Of a DNA stretch of 30,679 nucleotides, positions 11,001 to 22,852 are shown piece after piece (position 1 is the stretch's first letter; the number at the start of each line of letters is the position of its first letter). Origin of the DNA: Paraspadella gotoi (Eukaryota; Animalia; Chaetognatha); contig CM119267.1 of the NCBI GenBank assembly GCA_051294375.1, positions 21,793,342-21,824,020 on the forward strand, written 5' to 3'. The notes beneath the pieces are model-generated. The model was not told where the DNA came from, did not search any database, and saw nothing but the letters and a program-made list of their open reading frames with translations. The position numbers were made by a program, and so were the translations under genes.

Positions 11001-11175
11001 TCCTCGCAACCAAAAAACAATTATTTGGATCTCCAATGCAACGTCGTCGCCGCAGAGTGTGTCGTCGTCCCCGCTTTGTCGTCGTCGTAATGTGCCGTCG
11101 TTCGCGTCGTTGGCTTTCGTCTTCTGCGGACCAGAAACGAACATATGAAATGCACGAAAGAAAGGAAATAGAGGA

Positions 11176-11200
11176 NNNNNNNNNNNNNNNNNNNNNNNNN
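11176..11200. other. Assembly gap of 25 N (further 25-N gaps at 16393-16417 and 17051-17075; 211-N gap at 29046-29256)
   Basis: Counted directly from the sequence. Confidence 0.99.
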
Positions 11201-11234
<34 letters not shown>

Positions 11235-11485
11235 CCTTTCTTTTCGTGTCATTTCATATGTTGTTTCTGTCCGCAGAAGACGAAAGCCAACGACGACGAA
11301 CGACGACATTAACGACGACGACAAAGACGACGACGACATCGACGGCGACGACTTTGCATGGAGATCCCAGAAATTGCTTTTTGTGCGAGGAAAGGGGGGA
11401 ATGGGAAAAAGGGAGAAAAGGGGAAAAGGGAGAAATGGGAAAAGGGAGAAAAGAGGAAAAGGGGAAAATGGGGAAAAAGGGAAAA
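11201..11485 (-). repeat. Short inverted copy of the end of block B
   Basis: Reverse complement of ~10900-11175 (catttcatatg...gaagacgaaagccaacgacg...catggagatcc); same orientation as ~26790-27140. Confidence 0.9.
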
Positions 11486-12659
11486 TGCGTTAGTATATGA
11501 ACGTAGGATAAGGGGGGGGGGTTGTCTGGGATTAGGGTAATGAATCAGAGAGAAAGATTAAAGAAGAGATTGATTTAAAAAATTACCGCACATTATTTTA
11601 AAGAACCTATTACTTTAAATTCTTTTCTTGGCTGGAAATACAAGAAAATTACGCGAATTACAACCACGACAAACAAATAACGACAAACAACAACTGAACA
11701 AAACAAAACAATATATAAAAAATTCTATTTCGTTCACAAACGACGACTATAAACTCGGCGACGAAAATCACGACGCTACAACCAAATTTACGACAACATA
11801 AACCAAAAAAAAAAAATGGCGGCTAAAAGCTTTGGCGAACAATGCGCTGCGCAAATTGAGAAAAAAAAAAACGAACCGATAAACACTGAACGCCTTCTGG
11901 AAACATTCCCTCATGACAAAAGTTCGTGCGTATAAAATCTAGGAAAAAGATCCAGAAGAAATTTAAGTATTTACTGAAGCCAGAAATTAGAATAAACAAT
12001 TCATTTCGAGATTGAAAAGGGAAACAAAAAATGTATTGGGAAGTCGCCATTTGAAATATGAATCTGGGAATTAGAAGGAAGAAGAATGGAAAAGCTGGGG
12101 CGGGAAATAGGAGGGAAGTGGAGGAGGAAGAGCGAGGAGAAATAGGAAGCAGGAAGACTAGGAGAAAGAGAAAAGAAAGGAGAAAGATGGCGGGAGCACG
12201 AGCCATTTGCGCGCCGCAGAACTTGTGTTTTCTAAAACCGACGGCCCTTTGTTTGATTCCGCCGTCAGAGATCGGGACGCCCTCTTTGGCCGCGCGCCGG
12301 GCGATTAAGGGCTGCACGCGTGTGACGGCCTGCGGAGAAGCGTGTGCGATGCAGTGGTTCTGTCCAAAATTTTAAAAGTTCAAAACTTTTGACTTTTAAA
12401 AAATTGGACAAAACATAATCTACGCCATCCTAAGAATAGGACCACGCCAACAAATAACGTCGCCCTTTATCTCTATTTTGGTCCTTTTGGCGTCGAAAAA
12501 CGGTCGCGCTTCGGGCGGCGAATGTCCGCTGCATCGCAGGACGGCGGCGGCGGACGCGCGGCGGGCGCGCTGCGGAGGCGACGCCAGGACGGCGGATGAC
12601 GGATGTTTTCCGAATCCGGCCGCCTGAGCCCGAACCACGAATCCGATAAAATCCGGAAC

Positions 12660-12701
<42 letters not shown>

Positions 12702-13282
12702 AGAAGAGAGAGAAGAAGAGAGAAGAGAAATGAACGGAGAGAGAATTTTGTGACTTTGACGAAAGCGACGTCAGAACCGCCGCCATAATTTAAAGGGCGC
12801 GCAGAAGAGAGATGAGAGAGAGAGAGAGAGAGAGAGAAGACAGAAGAGAGGAGAGAGAGAGAGAGAGAGAGAAGAAAGAGAGATAAAGAAGAGAGAGAGA
12901 GAGAGAAGAAGCGAGAGCATAGAGTACAATGCTTTCTTTTGTTGCTTCCTTTTCGCCTCCATTTCCTCTCTTTTCTTTTTTCTCTTATTTTCTCTCTTCT
13001 CTTTTTTCTTTTCTTCTCTCTCTCTTTCTTCTTCTTTTCCCACTTTCCTTTAACCGCTGCGTCGAGATCGACAGATCAAACAGAAGGGACAGATGGACGA
13101 CTGTTGGACACTGATGAATTCAGCATCGACTCAGTATACTTTTTATCGCGCATTTGAAAAGAGACGAGAAACGATAAGAGACAAAAATAAAAAGGGCAAA
13201 AAATAAGGAAAGAAAAAATAAAGGAATAGATAGTTAGAAAAAGGAAAGGAAAAGGGAAAGAAAGATAAAAAACCCTCTAGTG

Positions 13283-13314
<32 letters not shown>

Positions 13315-15329
13315 ACGGAAAAATAAAACACAGTTAGAGATACCTAATTATATTTTGTAAGAGAAAAATAAATCGCCGATCTCATGCCTTAGAAATGCCA
13401 ATGCTAATAATAAATCCATTTCGCTCTTCTTATCGCCTCGTGTAATTATAGCTAATTTTGAATTCTCTCTCAGTAAGTATAATATGTAAACCAAATTTCC
13501 GCTCTCTCTCTTCTCAAAAATTTCTACATTCGCTAATCGATTCCATTTAGTTTTCCGTTTTCCAATAACGAATTCATCTTATTCTTCGCCATTTTTTTTT
13601 CAATTTCGTCCTCCAACATCCCGAACAACGCCCAATCTCGATGCACAACTCGGCCATCAATGTCCGCTCTCCTCTGTTCAACACATTCCGTCTATCCCGT
13701 TTGCTTAATCTCACGGAAAATCCCTTTTCTCGCGGATCGCATCTGTCTGCTCACGACTGCTGGCCGTTGCTTCTTTCGGTCCTTTCTTCATTTATTAAGT
13801 GCGACGAAAACTTTGTCGAAAGCACGATAGGGCGGAGATATTTAGGCCGGGGGGCGGGTGGTCTTGAAGATTGGGCAAAGTCGCCTTAGATTTAGAAAAA
13901 CGATGGATGGTTAGATAATATTGAGGAGAAATGTCTGAAGACATTGAAACGACAGACGTGTGTAAGAGAGAGTTTGTGGATAAGGCCTAGGTGGGCTGAG
14001 ACAGTGCAATCCTAACTTCTTAACCCCCTTCTAGGCAAGCCATGAAACGGAGTGCTTGGCTTGTTGGAACAGGCTCGAGATTTTCTACGCGGGCTAGGCG
14101 GTCCTCACGCTTCCAGCAGAGGTACACGTACACGTACTAATGCCCAAATATTGCAATACCCGACCAAGTACAACGAAAATCCATCGAAAAGCATTATTTT
14201 TAAAAACTAGAAGGCCGGCAAAAGTCAGGCTGTCATTAATTATAAAATTTGTATCATTAACATTATTTTCATGTAGCTGCGACCCAAGCATTTGCTGACA
14301 AGTAAGTCGTTTGAAAAAGTACGCATGAAAGATGATCCAGTCGAAAGCACTTGAACAGATGATGTGCTTCTCTTGACAAGATGGTCTTTCCTTCTTGGTT
14401 TCATCGACTTTCAAATCCATGAGGTCGCATTCTGGGCTGAGACCAGACCATCCAAGTTAGAGGACGAAGACGACCAAAACGACGACGACGGCGATGACGA
14501 CGACGAAAACAAGAAAACGAAACCAAGACCGACGACGAATAAGCTGAATGACGATGATCAAATAAGTTTATTGAAAATATCAAAACCAAATGAGGCAACA
14601 TTATTATGAAAAGAAAAGACTTGAAGGTCGATTTAGAACTAACTTAGTTAATGTTCACGATTGTGATAGTAACATCGGCAAAGAATTTCTCCAATTCTGT
14701 TCTGTTTCAGAATCGCGATGGGAAAAAACTTTATTTTTTTTGTAGTTTTGCCTAAAAAAATATTAAAAAAAAGTGAGAAAAGTTGCTCCAAATTATGTTG
14801 CGTGAAATCCAAAGAACCAAAAAAGTTAGACCAAAGCAGAAAGGGAAACGAATAGGAAGAAGAGGAAAGTGTTAAAATCTTTGTTGGTGAGTCGTTTGAA
14901 GCGAAATTAAAAAAAATTCACCTTGTCAAGCCACTCTCTTCTCTCTCTTCATTTCCTCTCTCTCTCTCCTCTCTCTACTCTCTCGCTCCTCTCCTCTCTC
15001 TCTCATCTCTCTCCTCACAAAGAACGGGACTATGACCGAAACGACACCAATACAATAAAACTTTAAAACAATTTAAGGGTTTAATTATCTGTTCTGAAAG
15101 TAAACCTTACCATTCCAGCCTCCATCCACTTACCTTTCTCATCTCTTTCTCTTCTTGACTCATTTTCTCACCCAGTTCTTCAATATCTTCCATTCACTCA
15201 CCGTTTTGATGTTTCACCAACCTGTGAGACCGCTACCGACAAAGCCTAATCCACAAATTCTTTACTTCATCTCACATCCTGTGATTCCAAACATCCTGCC
15301 CTTCTCTCTCTCTCCTCTCTCTCTCGTCT

Positions 15330-15367
<38 letters not shown>

Positions 15368-16392
15368 TCTCTCTCTCTCTCTCTCTCTCTCCCTCGCCTC
15401 CCCTCCCCTCTCTCAACGGACATCGAGAAGAGAAAAGTCGAATCATAGGAAAATAAAACAAACATTTTTCTCTCTGTATTCTCGTGGCAAAAAGAATTCA
15501 AAATCCACCCATTCGTCTCAACCTTAACACCGCACAATCCCATTGTGCTTTTCCCCTTATCCATTCTCCCCCGTTTTTCCCTTTTTTTTCGCTTTATTGC
15601 GCCATTCCCTTTTCCCGTTTCCCCTTTCCCCTTTCCTTTTCCTCCTTTCCCCTTTTTCCCATTTTCCCATTTCCCATTTTTCCCATTTTCCATTCCCATT
15701 TTTCCCATTTTTTTTCCCATTCCCATTTTCATTTTTCATTTTCCATTCCCTTTCAGCTTTTCCCCTTTTCCCCATTTCCCTCTTTTCCATTTTATCCCCT
15801 TTTCCCGCTGTTTTTCCCCTTTTCTCCCTATTCCCCTTTCTCCCGTTTTCCCTTTTTTTTTTATCCCCTTTCTCCTTTTCCCTTTTTCCATTTTCCCATT
15901 TCCATTTTCCCTCTTTTCCCTTTTTCCCCTCCTCTTTCTCCCTTTTCCCAGTTTCTCTCTGGTGTTTCGCCGCGTTCTCCCTTTTCCATTCCCCTTTTCC
16001 CTGTTTCCCCTTTTTCCCCTTTACGATTTCCCCTTTTCCCTTATTCTCCCTTTTCCCTATTTCCGCCTTTCTCCCCCCATGTCTCCCTTTTCCCTTTCTC
16101 CCTTTTCCATTCTCCCTTTTCTCTTTTTTTCCGCCTTTTCCCCTTTTTCTCCCTTTTCCCTCTTTTCCCCATTTCTCCTTTTCAATTTTCCTCTCAATCC
16201 TTTTCCACTTTCTCTGCTGTCCCTTTTCCTTCCCTTGCTGTCCTTTCTCCCTTTTCCCCTTTCTCCTTCCCCCTTTTTCCCTTTTCTTCCCTGGCTCCTC
16301 CTTTCCCTTTCCCTTTTCCCCTTCTTCACCCGTCTTTCCTTTTCCCCATTTTCCCTTCCCTCTTTCTTCCCTTTCCCCATCCCTTTTCCCTC
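11486..16392 (+). repeat. Block B, forward copy 2 (tandem)
   Basis: Appears identical by eye to copy 1 over ~3.4 kb (6034-~9490), including homopolymer lengths; identical ORF translations at +5452; ends at a 25-N gap. Confidence 0.97.
13602..14460 (+). CDS. Tandem copy of the probable BTB-domain gene
   Basis: Same sequence as 8150-9008 at offset +5452; ORF-track translations are identical. Confidence 0.4.
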
Positions 16393-16417
16393 NNNNNNNN
16401 NNNNNNNNNNNNNNNNN

Positions 16418-16705
16418 AAATGGGAAAATGGGAAAATGGGAAAATGGGAAAAAGGGGAAAAGGAGGAAAAAGGAAAGGGGAAAAGGGGAAACGGGAAAAG
16501 GGAAATGGCGAAAAGCGAAAAAAGGGAAAAACGGGGGAGAAAATGGATAAGGGGAAAAGCAAATGGAGGCGGTGTTAAGGTTGAGACGAAATGTTTGGAT
16601 TTGAATTCTTTTGCCAACGAGAATAAGAGAGAAAAAAAATGTTTGTTTTATTTTTCCTATGATCCGACTTTTTTTTTCTCTCTCGATGTCGTTGAGAGAG
16701 GGAGG

Positions 16706-16773
<68 letters not shown>

Positions 16774-17050
16774 GAATGTATGGAATAAGGATGTGAGATG
16801 AAGTAAAGAATTTGTGGATTAGGCTTTGTCGGTAGCGTCTCACAGGGTTGGTGAAACATCACGGGTGAGTGATAATGGGAAATATTGAAGAACTGGGTGA
16901 GAAAAATGAGTCAAGAAGAGAAGAGATGAGAAAGGTAAGTGATGGAGGCTGGAATTGGTAAGGTTTACTTTCAGACAGAATTAAAACCCTTAAATGTTTA
17001 AAGTTTTATTTGCTATTGGTTCGTTATCGTCATAGTCCTCCGTTCTTTGT
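16418..17050 (-). repeat. Partial inverted copy of block B between two 25-N gaps
   Basis: Reverse complement of ~15020-15690 (gcggtgttaaggttgagacg...ggattaggctttgtcggtagcg...catagtcc). Confidence 0.92.
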
Positions 17051-17262
17051 NNNNNNNNNNNNNNNNNNNNNNNNNCCCAAAGAAGAGAGATAAAAATGAA
17101 TTAACTATTATCTTTTATTCCTTTTAGTCCACTATTTAGTTTTCAATATGAAAATAAGCTTTCTAAGAAATAAATGCAACATCGATATGTTCATGCTCAA
17201 CTGAGGTAATTCCGGAATTGCGAATTCCACGATCTAACGAACTGCAATCGCGAACCCATTAC

Positions 17263-17421
17263 CTGGTACCGTCCTCTGAACTCTTGCGCGAACTTGACTG
17301 GCCTGAGTCGGTAAAGAACCAGATGTCCTGGATAAAGTGACGATGAGGAAGACGAAATCCAAGAGAAGACGTCGGGGGCGAGACGATGACCCAAGAACCA
17401 GGAGGAACATCAGGAGGAAGG
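17263..17421 (-). CDS. bves: Popeye domain-containing protein (BVES/POPDC family), exon encoding TM2-TM3 and the start of the cytoplasmic region; frame broken by several single-base indels
   Basis: Minus-strand acceptor ...aacaccccctcag| and donor CAG|gtaatg. Joining pieces from three frames gives FLLM..W.WVIV(C)APDVFSW(N)FVFLIV(N)FIQ..LVLYRLRPVKFAQE(L)ED(V)YQ, matching the POPDC pattern CAxDxxxWN...Y(R/K)xRPV(K/R)(F/I)xxE(L/I)xxxY recalled from family knowledge. Bracketed residues are my indel repairs. Confidence 0.85.
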
Positions 17422-18569
17422 CTGAGGGGGTGTTGGAGAGGGGTTTTGGGGTGTTGAGGGGGGTAGAGGGGGGTGAAAGGGTTGGGAGGAATGGTCCCAA
17501 AAGCCAAAAACATGGGGGCGGAGTTTTAATAATGGATGGAGAAGTTTTTGACATCTTTATGTCGTCGTTGTTATGTTTATTTTGGACGAAATATATATTT
17601 CTTGGTCGATGGCCTTTGATGCCATTTGTTTGAGTTTTTTTTTTTTTTTTTTTGAAATGAGTGGAAAAAAGAGAAAGAGACAGATTTTGAACCGTATTAT
17701 TCAAAGTGAGTTTGATAAATTATTAGGTTAAATATTTCAAATATTATTTGGGTTGAAATCAGTTACTAAGAACGAAATTGGTGGCTTTAGAAATATCCTA
17801 GTACAAAGAAAAGTGAAACTAAGGAACAACGAAAGAAAAAATTAAAAAAAGAAGAAAAAAAAGAAAGAAAGAAAGAAAGAAAGAAAAGAAAGAGCGACAT
17901 TGAGGCGTCATGGTTCGAAAAAGGAAATGAGTCGAACCTAAGCCAAGAGCACTTTTTAAGTCTTATTCTTCTCTCTTTTGCCTCTTTTAATTTTATGAGC
18001 GACATGACAGGGATTTTGATGAGAAGGAATTTTTTTTTAAGTGAATAAGTAATTGGGGGTCGAAAAAGAAAGAGGAGAGAGAGAGGGCAGAGATAAATTA
18101 GGGAAAAGTGGGAAAAGTGGTAGAAAGGAGAAAATAGTGGAAGATAAACGAAGTAAGAAGGAAGCTGAGGATAAAGTTGGAATAGATTTAAAAAGAGTAA
18201 TAGGAGAAGGGAAGGGGGAACATAAAAAGAAGCAAAATTAAAAATAATAGTTTAAAATAAAAATATAAATAAAACCATATATGTGGATCCAGATTAACTT
18301 AATACTTGGTTAAAATGGTTGAGAAAGGAATGAAAAGGGGAAAAGAACGAGCAACTAAAGTCCAACTGACTCTAGAAAGGTTAAGACTTAAGGGCGCAAA
18401 GAAAAAAAGAAAATTTTTGGCGTGAAAAAACGAGGCTCCAATTAAGGGGGAAAGGATGAGACGTCTTTTGTTCCTCCCTGAGGACAGATTTAAAGGAGAG
18501 GATAAAGAGGCTGATGGAGAACATCGGCTCACTTTTTTTTTCTCTCCCTCTTCTCTTTTTTTGGTCTTA

Positions 18570-18877
18570 TTTTCCGAGAATCCCATTTTATCTAAGTTCG
18601 GAATTAGATTTAATTGTTTTTAAATTACAAATTAGGTTGGGAGGTTAAGATAGGGTAAGGGACGGTAGTTTTAAGGTTAGGGTTACGGGTTATAAATTGG
18701 ACAAGGTTAGGTATAGGGTTAGCAGTTAGGGTTATAAATTGGATTAGGTTAGAGATAGGTTTAAGGTTAAGGATTAAAGGTTTAGGGATTAGGTTATAAG
18801 TCAATACAATTTAGGTTAAATTGTTAAAATTAATAAAATTCTGGGGTAAACAATACGAAATGGGGCATCTCGGAAAA
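18570..18877. mobile_element. MITE-like non-autonomous element with degenerate TTAGG/TTAGGG internal repeats
   Basis: Imperfect inverted arms ttttccgagaatcccattt (18570-18588) and aaatggggcatctcggaaaa (18858-18877) flank ~200 bp of ggttaggg/ttaggtt-type repeats, with gggttataaattgga present twice. No clear TSD. Confidence 0.45.
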
Positions 18878-19237
18878 AGAGGGGCCCTACTTTTTTTGGG
18901 CCATACGACTCTTCATTTTTCTTTTATTTTTGCTTTTTCTTCTTTTTTTCTTTTTCTTCCTTTCTTTCTTTTTTTTTTTTCCAAGTGCGTTCCGTCGTTT
19001 CTTCCGGTTGTTAAGAATGCGACAAGATTCCTTTTCTTAAAAATTTATTCAGATAATTGGTCCAAGATAATATACATTGTGTCCAATTTTTTTTTTAATA
19101 AAATTTGTTGTCATTTCGAACTTAATTTAATTAACTTAATTAATTTGTCACATCGAAAAATATTCATATATAATTTTATAAATTTTAATCAAGCGCAACC
19201 CAACTATGTAAGTTACGATTCGTTTATAGCCACTTAC

Positions 19238-19398
19238 AGAGAACGAGCACGCCGTGATAAGCAGAGCGTTCGATTGTGCGACTGGGAGCCAAGTTGGCCA
19301 CCAGCTTGACAGCGAACCAGCCCAACTGGAACAGATAGTGCTGGCTCCTCAGATCCAATCCGCGAGGGGAGGAGGGAGGGAGAGAGAGAGCGGGGGAG
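19238..19398 (-). CDS. bves: Popeye domain-containing protein, exon with the CxxW motif, TM1 and start of TM2
   Basis: Acceptor ctcaataccccttccag| after a (CT)n tract; donor CT|gtaagt. One open frame reads QHYLFQLGWFAVKLVANLAPSRTIERSAYHGVLVL, matching the POPDC 'HxLFQL...LAP...H..L..' segment. It ends in phase 1, compatible with the CC-TTC-CTC-CTG-ATG start of the 17421 exon. Upstream CCC-T(G)C-GCG-GAT-TGG gives P(C)ADW with one indel. Confidence 0.8.
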
Positions 19399-19422
19399 CT
19401 GGAAGGGGTATTGAGATGGTTG

Positions 19423-19503
<81 letters not shown>

Positions 19504-19578
19504 AGAAGAGGAAAAAAAGCGACATAAGGATAATTGATGGAACGAAGCGGACGACTACGTGATAAGAGACCTCTTGAC

Positions 19579-19623
<45 letters not shown>

Positions 19624-19628
19624 AGAGG

Positions 19629-19668
<40 letters not shown>

Positions 19669-19984
19669 GCAGAAACAATTCTGGGCTATTTCGGGAAAGA
19701 GAAAAAATGAGGCTCTTCTTTGTCCGAGAATGAGCAGAGTGCGACCGAGCGAAATTGGGATCGTAGAGAAGAGGTGTGAACAGTGTGTGTGTGTGTGGAG
19801 TGAGAGAGAGAGAGAGAGAGAGAGAAGAGTGAGAGAGAGAGAGAGAGATTTAGAAGGAATAAGAAAGACAGAGAAAGTAGAGTTAATTGTTTTAAAGATC
19901 TTCTTCCGTGGTTCTTTTCGAGATAATGGTATGCAGTCTTGTCTGTGCTAAAACCTTTTCAGCCGAAAAGCAGAGAGAGAGAGA

Positions 19985-20073
<89 letters not shown>

Positions 20074-20818
20074 AAGATAGAGTAAAGAAAGAAAAGGGTT
20101 ATTGGGTCATTCTCATCAATATACCCTCCCTACTTTGCCCAATTCCACCGTCCCCCTTCTCAACCGACCCACCCCCACGCCCACTCCAAACTATATCCCG
20201 TTCCTCTGCCCCTTCTCATCCAACCCACCCAGCCCCCACGCCCCACGTCCCAACTAATCCTCGCTCGAGCGCTCGTCCGACCCGCGAAGCGATTTTTTTT
20301 CGCGATTTTGAGGTCAGAATTTCGGTTCGCGAATTTATTTTTGGAGTTGATTTTTCTCATTTTTTCGATTTTTGCGTGAATTGAGGATCCAATGGCGGGA
20401 AAATTTGGTTGGGGATGGGGGGGCGTTAAGAGGGGAGGAGGGTGATTTCCCTTCGGGATGATGGGGGGAAGAGATGAGGGAGAGAAAGAGAGCGGTGAGG
20501 GTGAGTCTCTTTCAAGAGAGGAATAAAAGGGTGAGTTTATAGGAGAGAGAGGCTTTGCGAGTGGTTGTGCGTCAACTTTTCAAAATTATTAGAATTTAAA
20601 GAGTTTGATTTTTTATATGGTTATATCGGTCTTTTTCACAATAGTATTTTACGGTATAAGTCTTTTTTGAACTACTATTAGTGGTTTAAACTGGTTTAAT
20701 CCTTCGACTAGACTTTTTCTCCCCTCTTTCTTTCTCTTTGGCACATATCGTCTCCTCTCTCTCTCTCTCTCTTCTCTTTCCTCTTCTCTCTCTCTCTCTT
20801 CTCCTTCTCTGCCCTCAC

Positions 20819-20885
20819 CCGCGCATGTCAGTCTGGCCGAGTCTCCCTTTGGAGGAGGAGAATATGAAGTTCCGTTTTCGTCGAC
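20819..20885 (-). CDS. bves: Second, indel-rich copy of the 561-639 exon
   Basis: Same acceptor (cttttcatcctag|), donor reads G|gtgagg; 67 nt versus 79 nt with many small deletions. Confidence 0.45.
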
Positions 20886-20928
20886 CTAGGATGAAAAGAG
20901 AAATTTTTATTGGTAAGAGAGGGAGAGA

Positions 20929-20964
<36 letters not shown>

Positions 20965-20974
20965 CAGAGAGAGA

Positions 20975-21089
<115 letters not shown>

Positions 21090-21294
21090 AGAGAAAGAGA
21101 GAGAGAGAGAGAGAACACTGAACCCTATACTAAGTACACAACATAAAGAGTGAGAAAGCGAAAAAAGGATGAACAATAAGAAAAAGAAAATGAAAGAAGG
21201 ACAAGAATTGGTTTCTTTCTCCTCCATTTTCGTTGAGCTTGGAAAATCGCAAGTGTAAACTTCGTTGGACATCTTTGAATGTAAAGCGGGACAC

Positions 21295-21356
<62 letters not shown>

Positions 21357-21716
21357 AGAAGAGGCGAGAGACGAGAGAGAGAGAGAGAGAAACAGGGAGA
21401 GTCGATTAACGAGTTAAAGAAAAAAAGGAAAAACAATGAACAAAGAACCAGAAAAAGAAAAGGAGAGAGTAAGCAGAGAAAATGCAAGAAAGTAACGTTA
21501 GAGAAAGGTGAGGAACAAAAATGGCGATCGGGGTCGAGAATGAACAGAGGAGGAACCGAGGAAACGGGATTAATGTTGTCGAAGGAAAAGGAAAAAAAGG
21601 AGGAAAAAGGAAAAAAAGAAAGAGAAAAAAAGGGGAGGTAATCGGAAAGGAGAGCTGGACGGAATAAAGGGATCATTGAGAAAGACAGGAAAAGGAGAAG
21701 GAAAGAAAGGAAGAGA

Positions 21717-21791
21717 GCCCGGTTAGCTCAGTCGGTAGAGGCACCAGGACATTTAATCCGATGTCGTGGGTTCTTGCCCCACATTGGGGTC
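21717..21791 (+). pseudogene. Duplicate copy of the tRNA-Lys-derived pseudogene
   Basis: Same sequence as 1492-1564 with a few extra indels; shares the CATTTAA loop and TTCTTGC T-loop. Confidence 0.8.
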
Positions 21792-22821
21792 TCACTCTGA
21801 GGTATGTATCTATCTATGGTACGGGCTCTAGACTATGCTCTCGGTAGGGAAAAGAGGTAAGTAAAGGTGAGGATGTATATTGGTAAAAGGGAAAGAGTAC
21901 AGTAGGGGATGAAGAGGGGGGAGGACCCGGGCAACTAAAAAGGTAAACAGAGAGAACGAAAAACTCGCAAAACTAGAAAGATAGGTCAAAAGCGAAAATA
22001 AAAACCCGAAAAGTAATTGCCTGAAGTTTTCCCCAAACCCCTCCGCACGAAAAAGAAGAAGAAATAAGAAGACGGACGCCGACGACGACCGGATAGACCT
22101 AATTTGTTTCCCCTCTTTTTTCGTGAAGAAACAAAACCAGAGAGAGAAAGAGGCGAAAGTCTAGAGAAATGGGGGATAGAACAAGAATGACAGGAGATTC
22201 GGAGTTTGGAGAAAGAGAGAGAGAGAAGAGCGACGAGAGAGAGGAGAAGAGAGAGAGAGAGATAAATAGCGAGTGGAGAGTTGATCTTCAGTTAGTGAGA
22301 AGGTAGAGTGAGGAAGAGTCTATCCAACTATGCGCCACTGGGGAAAAAATGAGAGAAATAGAACTTTTAGGTTATAGATCTAATTTGGCATGTAGTAGTA
22401 TTTAGTGATTTGGGAATTTTTTTATGCTTAAATATATTATTTTATTATTTTTGCAGAAACACTATGGCAATACGCTCAATTGATCTTTACTTAGATATTT
22501 GTTGGCGTTTGTTGTTTCAGAGAAATTATTATCTTGATCGCCGAAAATCGGTCTTGGAGTAGTTTGAATGAACATATTCAGAGTTCTAATTGTATAAATT
22601 TAAAGCCAAAGTCTTGTTAAATGTTAGCCGGTCACAGCCGTCTTTTGACTTCTTACTGAATTTCAATACATAGTTTTTAGTTTTCCCAGTTCTTTTAGCA
22701 CTATTACTGTTTAATGATTATGTCAAATACTGTTTTTTGGTATTAATAAAAAAGAAAAAAAAAAAAAAAAAATGTAATTTCTAAAAAACCAGAAAAACTG
22801 TTTTAAATGAATATCGCGTCT

Positions 22822-22852
<31 letters not shown>

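Larger units (their letters stand above)
6034..11175 (+). repeat. Block B, forward copy 1
   Basis: Starts tgcgttagtatatgaacg, repeated at 11486 (offset 5452); ends at a 25-N gap. Confidence 0.97.

Noticed and set aside
10040-11500. Long ORFs (486, 349, 418, 428, 371 aa and others) in the TTTCCC/GGGAAA tracts, and 3801-4847
   Set aside because: Stop codons cannot form in near-pure pyrimidine or purine sequence; several frames on both strands are open, translations are F/P/S or G/K/R low complexity, and some run through N gaps.
17234-17704. ORF read as signal peptide plus furin site (MFLLVLG...RARVQR)
   Set aside because: Better explained as out-of-frame pieces of the indel-damaged Popeye exon.
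18630-18820. True telomere or telomere-fusion site
   Set aside because: Repeats are highly degenerate, in one orientation only, intronic and flanked by inverted arms.
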